From contig NC_086097.1 of assembly GCF_963921235.1 (NCBI RefSeq), forward strand, positions 255,442,001 through 255,506,000: a stretch of DNA of 64,000 bases, read 5' to 3'. The stretch comes from Mobula hypostoma (taxonomy: Eukaryota). This document shows positions 11,677 to 22,857 of this stretch, piece by piece; the first letter of the stretch is position 1; each line of letters begins with the position of its first letter. The translations under genes were made by a program, and so were the position numbers. The notes beneath the pieces were generated by a model that saw only the letters and a list, made by a program, of their open reading frames with translations, ran no database searches and was not told the origin of the DNA.

Positions 11677-11843
11677 GCAAACTAGAGCATGGATCAGTAC
11701 GTGGAACTACAATGTTGTGGTCGTTACTGAAACTTGGCTGGAGGGATTGGCTGATGCAGGTACTGGGGCTTAGGTGTTTTAAAAGGAATAAGATGGGAGG
11801 TAGAAAGTGGGGGGAGTAGCATGACTGGTCAGGGATAGTATTA

Positions 11844-12092
11844 CCCAGGGTTATCCATAGTCCTCTATTTTTCTCAGCGCCATGTACCTATCCAAGAGTG
11901 TCTTAAAAAACCCTCCACCACCATCACTGGCAGCCCATTCCACGCACTCACCACTCTCTGTGTAAAAAACTTACCCCAACATCTCCTCTGTACCTAATTC
12001 CAAGCACCTTAAAACTATGCCCTCTTGTTTTACCCATTTCAGCCCCGGGAAAAAGCCTCTGACTATCCACATGATCAATGCCTCTCATCATT
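11844..12092 (-). mobile_element. CR1 3'-end fragment
   Basis: Reverse complement of the FTQRVV..W / RGHSFK region and 3' end; similar to 32760-33010. Confidence 0.75.
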
Positions 12093-12318
12093 TTAAAACC
12101 TTCCAAATCTTCTAACTTCCTAGGGACATTTATTACCCCTCAACCATTAGGCTCTTGAATCAAAGGGGATAACTTCACTCAGCTTCATTTACCTCATCCT
12201 TGAAATGTTCCCACAACCAATGGACTCACTTACCAGGACTCTTCATCTTATGTTCTCAGTATTTACTTATTGTTATTATTTTTCTTTTTGTATTTGCAGT
12301 TTGGTGTCTTCTACACAG

Positions 12319-15256
12319 TGGACCACTCTCCACTGAACATTGACAGCTCCTCCATTGAGATCGTTAAGAGTACCAAATTTCTTGGTGTTCACCTGGCGGA
12401 GATTCTCACCTGGCCCCTCAACACCAGCTCCATAGCAAAGAAAGCCCAGAGGCGTCGCTATTCTCTGCAAAAGCTGAGAAAAGTCCATCTCCCACCCCCC
12501 ATCCTCACCACATTCTACAGAGGTTGTATTGAGAGCATCCTGAGCAGCTGCGTCACTGCCTGGTTCGGAAATTGCACCATCTCGGATCACAAAACCCTGC
12601 AGTGGATAGTGAGGTCAGCTGAGAAGATCATCAGGGTCTCTCTTCCTGTCATTAGAGACATTTACACCACATGCTGCATCTGTAAAGCCAGCAACATTAT
12701 GAAGGACCCCACGCACCCCTCATACAAACTCTTCTCCCTCCTGCCATCTGGCAAAAGGCACCGAAGCATTCGGGCTCTCACGACCAGACTATGTAACAGT
12801 TTCTTCCCCCAAGCCATCAGACTCTTCAATACCCGGAGCCTGGACTGACACCAACCTACTGCCCTCTACTGTGTCTATTGTTTTGTTTATTATTTATTGT
12901 AATGCCTGCACTGTTTTGTGCACTTTATGCAGTCCTGGGTGGGTCTGTAGTCCAGTGTAGTTTTTGTGTTGTTTTACGTAGTTCAGTGTAGTTTTTGTAT
13001 TGTTTCATGTAGCACCATGGTCCTGAAAAACTTTGTCTCGTAGACTGGCAAATGACACTTAAAGGATTGACGGTGGATATGCAATGGCAAGCATTTAAAG
13101 GTTGCATGGATGAACTACAACAATTGTTCATCCCAGTTTGGCAAAAGAATAAATCAAGGAAGGTAGTGCACCCGTGGCTGACAAGAGAAATTAGGGGTAG
13201 TATCAATTCCAAAGAAGCATACAAATTAGCCAGAGAAAGTGGCTCACCTGAGGACTGGGAGAAATTCAGAGTTCAGCAGAGGAGGACAAAGGGCTTAATT
13301 AGGAAGGGGAAAAAAGATTATGAGAGAAAACTGGCAGGGAACATGAAAACGGACTGTAAAAGCTTTTATAGATATGTAAAAAGGAAAAGACTGGTAAAGA
13401 CAAATGTAGGTCCCCTGCAGACGGAAACAGGTGAATTGATTATGGGGAGCAAGGACATGGCAGACCTATTGAATAATTACTTTGGTTCTGTCTTCACTAA
13501 GGAGGACATAAATAATCTTCCAGAAATAGTAAGGGACAGCGGGTCCAGTGAGATGGAGGAACTGAGTGAAATACATGTTAGTAGGGAAGTGGTGTTAGGT
13601 AAATTGAAGAGATTGAAGGCAGATAAATCCCCAGGGCCAGATGGTCTGCATCCTAGAGTGCTTAAGGAAGTAGCCCAAGAAACAGTGGATCATTAGTGAT
13701 AATTTTTCAAAACTCGTTAGATTCTGGACTAGTTCCTGAGCATTGGAGGGTGGCTAATGTAACCCCACTTTTTAAAAAAGGAGGGAGAGAGAAAGCGGGG
13801 AATTATAGACCGGTTAGCCTAACGTCGGTGGTGGGGAAACTGCTGGAGTCAGTTATCAAGGATGTGATAACAGCACATTTGGAAAGCGGTGAAATGATCG
13901 GATAAAGTCAGCATGGATTTGTGAAAGGAAAATCATGTCTGACGAATCTCATAGCATTTTTTGAGGATGCAACTAGTAGAGTGGATAGGGGAGAACCAGT
14001 GGATGTGGTATGTTTGGATTTTCAAAAGGCTTTTGACAAGGTCCCACACAGGAGATTAGTGTGCAAACTTAAAGCACACGGTATTGGGGTTAAGGTATCG
14101 GTGTGGGTGGAGAATTGGTTAGCAGACAGGAAGCAAAGAATGGGAATAAACGGGACCTTTTCAGAATGGCAGGCAGTGACTAGTTGGGTACCGCAAGGCT
14201 CAGTGCTGGGACCCCAGTTGTTTACAATATATATTAATGACTTGGATGAGGGAATTAAATGCAGCATCTCCAAGTTTGCGGATGACACGAAGCTGGGTGG
14301 CAGTGTTAGCAGTGAGGAGGATGCTAAGAGGATGCAGGGTGACTTGGATAGGTTAGGTGAGTGGGCAAATTCATGGCAGATGCAATTTAATGTGGATAAA
14401 TGTGAAGTTACCCACTTTGGTGGCAAAAATAGGAAAACAGATTATTATCTGAATGGTGGCCGATTAGGAAAAGGGGAGGTGCAACGAGACCTGGGTGTCA
14501 TTATACACCAGTCATTGAAAGTGGGCATGCAGGTACAGCAGGCGGTGAAAAAGGTGAATGGTATGCTGGCATTTATAGTGAGAGGATTCGAGTACAGGAG
14601 CAGGGAGGTACTACTGCAGTTGTACAAGGCCTTGGTGAGACCACACCTGGAGTATTGTGTGCAGTTTTGGTCCCCTAATCTGAGGAAAGACATCCTTGTC
14701 ATAGAGGGAGTACAAAGAAGGTTCACCAGATTGATTCCTGGGATGGCAGGACTTTCATATGAAGAAAGACTGGATGAACTGGGCTTGTACTCGTTGGAAT
14801 TTAGAAGATTGAGGGGGGATCTGATTGAAACGTATAAGATCCTAAAGGGATTGGACAGGCTAGATGCAGGAAGATTGTTCCCAATGTTGGGGAAGTCCAG
14901 AACGAGGGGCCACAGTTTGAGGATAGAGGGGAAGCCTTTTAGGACCGAGATTAGGAAAAACTTCTTCACACAGAGAGTGGTGAATCTGTGGAATTCTCTG
15001 CCACAGGAAACAGTTGAGGCCAGTTCATTGGCTATATTTAAGAGGGAGTTAGATATGGCCCTTGTGGCTACGGGGGTCAGGGGGTATGGAGGGAAGGCTG
15101 GGCGGGGTTCTGAGTTGGATGATCATCCATGATCATAATAAATGGCGGTGCAGGCTCAAAGGGCCGAATGGCCTACTCCTGCATCTATTTTCTATGTTTC
15201 TATGTTTCTATGAAATGAGAATAAAAAGTGACTTGACTTGACTTGACTTGACTTGA
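12319..15256 (+). mobile_element. Rex1/Babar LINE 3' part (12319-13040 + tail 15213-15256), split by a CR1 and lying inside an older LINE 3' UTR (~12130-12318 + 15257-15403)
   Basis: ORF 12270..12848 (KFLGVHL..LLPSGKR..NSFFPQAIR); (acttg)n tail at ~15230-15256; same family as 51045-52272. Confidence 0.85.
13041..15212 (+). mobile_element. Young CR1 LINE, 5'-truncated, same subfamily as 5942-9066 in opposite orientation
   Basis: ORFs 13052..13696, 13696..13905 and 13921..15132 are nearly identical to the 920-aa ORF; (tttctatg)n tail. Confidence 0.95.
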
Positions 15257-16670
15257 TTAATGCCTAAATTGATGTGGTCTTTCATTGACTCTTTTTATGG
15301 TTATTGTTCTATTATGGATTTACTGAGTATACCCATTAAATAATGAATCTCAGGCTACTATATGGTGACATATATGTAGTTTCATGGCAAATTTACTTTG
15401 AACATAGACAACTCATACACAAAATCCACTGTCAGCCCCGACCAATGGAGGGAATCCTGTTAAAGCATTACTTTCTTTACCTTGAACCTCCTAAATGTCT
15501 CCACCACAGCTCAGCAAATGACACTCCTGTTGGCAATTTGCTCTACTGTCCTGTGGTCTAGGTAGCCCCTCAATGCCACTAGGTTGACCCTGAGGATTCT
15601 GATAGAATCATGGAAATTAGGAATGCGTGCAATAAAGGAACAGCAGTTATAACGGGTGACTTCAATCTACATATAGATTGGGTGAACCAAATTGCTAAGG
15701 GTGCTGAAGAAGAGAATTTCTTGGAATGTATCCGAATGGTCTTTTGACCTAACATGTCGAGGAACCAACTAGAGAGCAGGCTATTCTAGACTGGGTATTG
15801 AGCAATGAGGAAGGGTTAATTAAGATGGAGAGTGACATAGTTAATTCAGAAACAAAGGTTCTGAACTTAAAGAAGGGTAACCTTGAAGGTATGAGACGTG
15901 AATTAGCTAAGATAGACTGGCAAATGATACTTAAGGGTTGACGGTGGATATGCAATGGCAAGCATTTAAAGATCGCATGGATGAACTACAACAATTGCTC
16001 ATCCCAGTTTGTCAAAAGAATAAATCAGGGAAGGTAGTGCACCCGTGGCTGACAAGGGAAATTAGGGATAGTATCAATTCCAAAGAAGAAGCATATAAGT
16101 TAGCCAGAAAAAGTGGCTCACCTGAGGACTGGGAGAAATTCAGAGTCCAGCAGAAGAGGACAAAGGGCTTAATTAGGAAAGGGAAAAAAGATTATGAGAG
16201 AAAACTGGCAGGGAACATAAAAACTGACTGTAAAAGCTTTTATAGATATGTGAAAAGAAAAAGATTAGTTAAGACAAATGTAGGTCCCCTACAGACAGAA
16301 ACAGGTGAATTGATTATGGGGAGCAAGGACATGGCAGACCAGTTGAATAACTACTTTGGTTCTGTCTTCACGAAGGAGGACATAAATAATCTTCCAGAAA
16401 TAGTAGGGGACAGAGGGTCTCGTGAGATGGAGGAACTGAGGGAAATACATGTTAGTAGGGAAGTGGTGTTAGGTAAATTGAAGGGATTAAAGGCAGATAA
16501 ATCCTCAGGGCCAGATGGTCTGCATCCCAGAGATCTTAAGGAAGTAGCCCAAGAAATAGTGGATGCCAGTGCATGAGTGGGACAGTGAAGGAGTGGAGCT
16601 TGAGGCTTTGCCTCGAGAGGCTTCGACGAGAAGAGGCGGAGGACAAGCTAGCTCGCAGTTAGATTTTACA

Positions 16671-19600
16671 ATGTCTCCTGAGACGGTGATGTGCCTCTCA
16701 TGTGAGATGTGGCAGTATTGGGGGAACGCCTCTCTCCCGCAGAGTCACATCTGCCAGAAGTGCATACGGCTGGGCAATCTGGACGATCGTGTAAGGAATC
16801 TGGAGCAGCAGCTGGATGACCTTCGACTCATAAGGGAGAATGAGGCAGTCATAGTTGAGAGCTACAGGGAGGTAGTCACACCTAGGCTGTCGGAAGCAGG
16901 TCGTTGGGTGACAGTCAGAGGGGGGAAAGTGAAGGTGAGCAGACAGGTAGTGCAGAGCACCCCTGTAGCCATTCCCCTGAATAATAAGTTTACCGTCCTG
17001 GATACTGTTGGCGGGGACGACCGACCAGGTGTGAGCCACGGTGGCAGGGCCTCCGGCACTGAGTCTGACCCTGTGGTGCAGAAGGGTGGGACGGAGAAGA
17101 GGAGAGCTGTCGTCATTGGAGACTCTACAGTCAGCGGAGCAGACAGGAGATTTTGTGGACGTGAGAAGGACACCCGCATGGTTTGTTGCCTCCTGGGTGC
17201 CAGGGTCCGGGATTCTCTGACCGGGTGCACGACCTCCTGGTACGAGAGGGAAAGCAACCAGAAGTCGTGATACATGTTGGGACCAACGACATAGGCAGGA
17301 AGAAGGATGAGGTCCTGAAGTGTGAGTTTCGGGAATTAGGCAGAAGGCTGAAGAACAGGACCTCAAGGGTGACGTTCTCAGGATGCTGCCAGTGCTACGT
17401 GACAGAGATGGTAAGAATTGGAGGAGATGGCAGAGGAATGAAAGGTGGGGGAGTAGCATTGCTTTTTAGGGAAAATATTGCAGCAGTGCTCAGGCAGGAC
17501 AGATTAGAGGGCTTGTCTACTGAGTCCTTATGGGTGGAGCTGAGAAACAGGAAAGGTATGGCCACATTAGTGGGATTGTATTACAGACCACCCAATAGTC
17601 AACGAGACTTGGAAGAGCAAATCTGCAGAGAGATAGCAGGCAACTGCAGGAAACATAAAGTTGTGGTGGTAGGGGATTTTAATTTTCCATACATTGATTG
17701 GGACTCCCATACTGTTAGGGGTCTAGATGGATTATAGTTTGTAAAATGTGTTCAGAGAAGTTTTCTAAATCAATATATAGAGGGACCAACCAGAGGGGAT
17801 GCAATATTGGATCTCCTGTTAGGTAACGAATTAGGGCAAGTGACGGAAGTCTGTGTAGGGGAGCACTTTGGTTCCAGTGATCATAACACCATTAGTTTCA
17901 ATTTGATCATGGACAAGGATAGATCTGGTCCGAGGGTTGAGGTTCTGAACTGGAAGAAGGCCAAATTTGAAGAAATGAGAAAGGATCTAAAAAGCGTGGA
18001 TTGGGACAGGTTGTTCTCTGGCAAAGATCTGATTGGTAGGTGAGAAGCCTTCAAAGGGGAAATTTTGAGAGTGCAGAGTTTGTATGTTCCTGTCAGGATT
18101 AAAGGCAAATTAAATAGGAATAAGGAACCTTGGTTCTCAAGGGATATTGCAACTCTGATAAAGAAGAAGAGGGAGTTGTATGAAATGTATAGGAAACAGG
18201 GGGTAAATCAGGTGCTTGAGGAGTATAAGAAGTGCAAGAAAATACTTAAGAAAGAAATCAGGAGGGCTAAAAGAAGACATGAGGTTGCCTTGGCAGTCAA
18301 AATGAAGGATAATCCAAAGAGCTTTTACAAGTATATTAAGAGCAAAAGGATTGTAAGGGATAAAATTGGTCCTCTTGAAGATCAGAGTGGTCGGCTTTGT
18401 GTGGAACCAAAGGAAATGGGGGAGATCTTAAATAGGTTTTTTGCGTCTATATTTACTAAGGAAGCTGGCATGAAATCTATGGAATTGAGGGAATCAAGTA
18501 GTGAGACCATGGAAACTGTACAGATTGAAAAGGAGGAGGTGCTTGCTGTCTTGAGGAAAATTAAAGTGGATAAATCCCTGGGACCTGACAGGGTGTCCCC
18601 TCGGACCTTGAAGGAGACTAGTGTTGAAATTGCGGGGGTCCTGGCAGAAATATTTAAAATGTCGCTGTCTACGGGTGAAGTGCCGGAGGATTGGAGGGTG
18701 GCTCATTTTGTTCCGTTGTTTAAAAAAGGATCGAAAAGTAATCCGGGAAATTATAGGCCGGTGAGTTTAACGTCAGTAGTAGGTAAGTTATTGGAGGGAG
18801 TACTAAGAGACAGAATCTACAAGCATTTGAACAGACAGGGGCTTATTAGGGAGAGTCAACATGGCTTTGTGCGTGGTAGGTCATGTTTGACCAATCTGTT
18901 GCAGTTTTTCGAGGAGGTTACCAGGAAAGTGGATGAAGGGAAGGCAGTGGATATTGTCTACATGGACTTCAGTAAGGCCTTTGACAAGGTCCCGCATGGG
19001 AGGTTAGTTAGGAAAATTCAGTCGCTAGGTATACATGGAGAGGTGGTAAATTGGATTATCATTGGCTCAGTGGAAGAAGCCAGAGAGTGGTGGTAGAGAA
19101 TTGCTTCTCTGAGTCGAGGCCTGTGACTAGTGGTGTGCCACAGGGATCAGTGCTGGGTCCATTGTTATTTGTCATCTATATCAATGATCTGGATGATAAT
19201 GTAGTAAATTGGATCAGCAAGTTTGCTGATGATACAAAGATTGGAGGTGTAGTAGACAGTGAGGAAGGTTTTCAGAGCCTGCAGAGGGTCTTGGACCGGC
19301 TGGGAAAATGGGCTGAAAAATGGCAGATGGAGTTTAATACTGACAAGTGTGAGGTATTGCACGTTGGAAGGACAAACCAACGTAGAATATACAGGGTTAA
19401 TGGTAAGGCACTGAGGAGTGCAGTGGAACAGAGGGATCTGGGAATACAGATACAAAATTCCCTAAAAGTATCGTCACAGGTAGATAGGGTCGTAAAGAGA
19501 GCTTTTGGTACATTGGCCTTTATTAATCAAAGTATTGAGTATAAGAGCTGGAATGTTATGATGAGGTTGTATAAGGCACTGGTGAGGCCGAATCTGGAGT

Positions 19601-20314
19601 ATTGTGTTCAGTTTTGGTCACCAAATTACAGGAAGGATATAAATAAGGTTGAAAGAGTGCAGAGAAGGTTTACAAGGATGTTGCCGGCACTTGAGAAACT
19701 CAGTTACAGAGAAAGGTTGAATAGGTTAGGACTTTATTCCCTGGAGCATAGAAGAATGAGGGGAGATTTGATAGAGGTATATAAAATTATGATGGGTATA
19801 GATAGAGTGAATGCAAGCAGGCTTTTTCCACTGAGGCAAGGGGAGAAAAAAACCAGAGGACATGGGTTAAGGGTGAGGGGGGAAAAGTTTAAAGGGAACA
19901 TTAGCGGGGGGCTTCTTCACACAGAGAGTGGTGGGAGTATGGAATGAGCTGCCAAACGAGGTGGTAAATGCGGGTTCTTTTGTAACATTTAAAAATAAAT
20001 TGGACAGATACATGGATGGGAGGTGTATGGAGGGATATGGTCCGCGTGCTGATCAGTGGGACTAGGCAGAAAATGGTTCGGCACAGCCAAGAAGGGCCAA
20101 AAGGCCTGTTTCTGTGCTGTAGTTTCCATGGTTTCTATGGAATGCGTGGCTGAGGAGTTGTTGCAGGGAGCAGGGTTTTAGATTTTTAGATCATTGGGAT
20201 CTGTTCTGGGGAAGGTGGGACCTGTACAGATTGGATGGGTTGCACCTGAACTCGAGGGGGAGCAATATCCTTGCAGGTAGGTTTGCTAGCATGGTTCGGG
20301 AGGGTTTAAACTAA
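16671..20314 (+). pseudogene. CR1 ORF1 (Cys/His zinc-finger-like N-terminus, coiled coil, SGNH esterase), frameshifted and interrupted
   Basis: ATG at 16671; CLSCEMW..HICQKC; LDDRVRNLEQQLDDL; SGNH blocks VIGDS, HVGTND and DGLHLN; ends EGLN* (TAA 20312-20314). Confidence 0.85.
17441..20139 (+). mobile_element. CR1 LINE ORF2 (different subfamily) nested in ORF1 of the full-length copy
   Basis: ORFs 18065..19096 and 19051..19947 (FADD); tail gtttccatggtttctatg; GGAATG at both junctions (17435-17440, 20139-20144). Confidence 0.92.
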
Positions 20315-22764
20315 TTTGCAAGGGGGATGGGACCCAGAGCGATAGAGCAGTGAAAGAAGTGCATGGAGTAAAGCCAGATCTAACATACAGAGAGGCTTTG
20401 AGGAAAGAGAAGCAGAATAAACGGTGTAAAGACAGTAAGGTAGAAGGGCTGAAATGTTTGTACCTCAATGCAAGAAGCATCAGGAACAAAGGTGATGAAC
20501 TGAAAGCTTGGACACATACATGGAATTATGATGTAGTGGCCATTACAGAGAGTTGGCTGGCACCAGGGCAGGAATGGATTCTCAATATTCCTGGATTTCA
20601 GTGCTTTAAAGGGGATAGAGAGGTGGGGGGAAGAGGAGGAGGGGTGGCATTACTGGTCAGGGATACTACTACAGCTACAGAAAGGGTGGGTAATGTAGCA
20701 GAATCCTCTTTTGAGTCAATATGGGTGGAAGTCAGGAACAGGAAGGTAGCAGTTACTCTACTGGGGGTATTCTATAGGCCCCCTGGTAGCAGCAGAGACA
20801 CAGAGGAGCAGATTGGGAGGCAGATTTTGGAAAGCTGCAAAAATAACAGGGTTGTTATCATGGGTGACTTTAACTTCCCTAATATTGATTGGCACCTGAT
20901 TAGTTCCAAGGGTTTAGATGGGGCAGAGTTTAAGTGTGTCCAGGATGGATTCCTGTCACAGTATGTGGACAGGCCGACCAGGGGGAATGCCATACGAGAT
21001 CTAGTACTAGGTAATGAACCGGGTCAGGTCACAGATCTCTCAGTGGGTGTGCATCTGGGATACAGTGACCACCACTCCCTGGCCTTTATAATTATCATGG
21101 AAAAGGATAGAATCAAAGAGGACAGGAAATTTTCAATTGGGGAAAGGCAAATTATGAGACTATAAGGCTAGAACTTGCGGGTGTGAATTGGGATGATGTT
21201 TTTGCAGGGAAATGTACTATGGACATGTGGTCGATGTTTAGAGATCTCTTGCAGGATGTAAGGGATAAATTTGTCCCGGTGAGGAAGATAAAGAATGGTA
21301 GGGTGAAGGAACCATGGGTGACAAGTGAGGTGGAAAATCTAGTCAGGTGGAAGAAGGCAGCATACATGAGGTTTAGGAAGCAAGGATCAGATGGGTCTAT
21401 TGCGGAACATAGGGAAGCAAGAAAGGAGCTTAAGAAGGGGCTGAGAAGAGCAAGAAGGGTGCATGAGAAGGCCTTGGCGAGTAGGGTAAAGGAAAACCCC
21501 AAGGCATTCTTCAATTATGTGAAGAAAAAAAGGATGACAGGAGTGTAGGTAGGATCGATTAGAGATAAAGGTGGAAAGATGTGCCTGGAGGCTGTGGAAG
21601 TGAGTGAGGTCCTCAATGAATACTTCTCTTCGGTATTCACCAGTGAGAGGGAACTTGATAATGGTGAGGACAATATGAGTGAGGTTGATGTTCTGAAGCA
21701 TGCTGATATTAAGGGAGAGGAGGTGTTGGAGTTGTTAAAATACATTAGGACAGATAAGTCCCCGGGGCCTGACGGAATATTCCCCAGGCGAGTCTCTGGC
21801 TAGGATCTTTATGTCCTCGTTGTCCACGGGAATGGTACCGGGGGATTGGAGGGAGGCGAGTGTTGTTCCCTTGTTCAAATAAGGTAGTAGGGATAGTCCA
21901 GGTAATTGTAGACCAGTGAGCCTTACGTCTGTGGTGGGAAAGCTGTTGGAAAAGATTCTTAGAGATAGGATCTCTGGGCATTTAGAGAATCATGGTCTGA
22001 TCAGGGACAGTCAGCTTGGCTTTGTGAAGGGCAGATCGTGTCTAACAAGGTTGATAGAGTTCTTTGAGGAGGTGACCAGGCATATAGATGAGGGTAGTGC
22101 AGTGGATGTGATCTATCTGGAGGACATTTGTAAGGCATTTGACAAGGTTCCACACGGTAGGCTTATTCAGAAAGTTAGAATGCATGGGATCCAGGGAAGT
22201 TTGGCCAGGTGGATTCAGAATTGGCTTGCCTGCCGAAGGCAGAGGGTGGTGGTGGAGGGAGTACATTCAGATTGGAGGATTGTGACTAGTAGTGTCCCAC
22301 AAGGGTGTGTTCTGGGACCTCTACTTTTCGTGATTTTTATTAACGACCTGGATGTGGGGGTAGAAGGGTGGGGTGGCAAGTTTGCAGACGACACAAAGGT
22401 TAGTGGTGTTGTAGATTGTGTAGATGATTGTCAACGATTGCAGAGAGACATTGATAGGTTGCAGAAGTGGACTGAGAAGTGGCAGATGGAGTTCAACCTG
22501 GAGAAGTGTGAGGTGGTACACTTTGGAAGGACAAACTCCAAGGCAGAGTACAAAGTAAATGGCAGGATACTTGGTAGTGTGGAGGAGCAGAGGGATCTCG
22601 GAGTACATGTCCACAGATCCCTGAAAGTTGCCTCACAGGTAGATAGGGTAGTTAAGAAAGCTTATGGGGTGTTAGCTTTCATAAGTCGAGGGATAGAGTT
22701 TAAGAGTCGCGATGTAATGATGCAGCTCTATAAAACTCTGGTTAGGCCACACTTGGAGTACTGT

Positions 22765-22857
22765 CAGCAACACACATCAAAGTTGCTGGTGAACGCAGCA
22801 GGCCAGGCAGCATCTGTAGGAAGAGGTGCAGTCGACGTTTCAGGCCGAGACTTGATT
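22765..22857 (-). mobile_element. 93-bp Penelope-like terminal fragment with the 3' half of a minimal hammerhead motif, inserted in frame in CR1 ORF2
   Basis: Adds 31 aa between EYC and VQF. Reverse complement gtctcggcctgaaacgtcgactg..gatgctgcctggcctgctg matches the PLE ends at 45730 and 48600. Confidence 0.8.

Larger units (their letters stand above)
5729..11843 (+). mobile_element. Old CR1 host fragment (ORF1 end to ORF2 APE start) split into 5729-5941, 9071-9165, 10951-11000 and 11681-11843
   Basis: Pieces rejoin to ORF1 end DGLHLNWKGTNILAGRFARAVGEGLN* and then ORF2 EG.KCVYFNSRRIRNKGDE..RAWISTWNYNVVVVTETWL. Confidence 0.85.
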
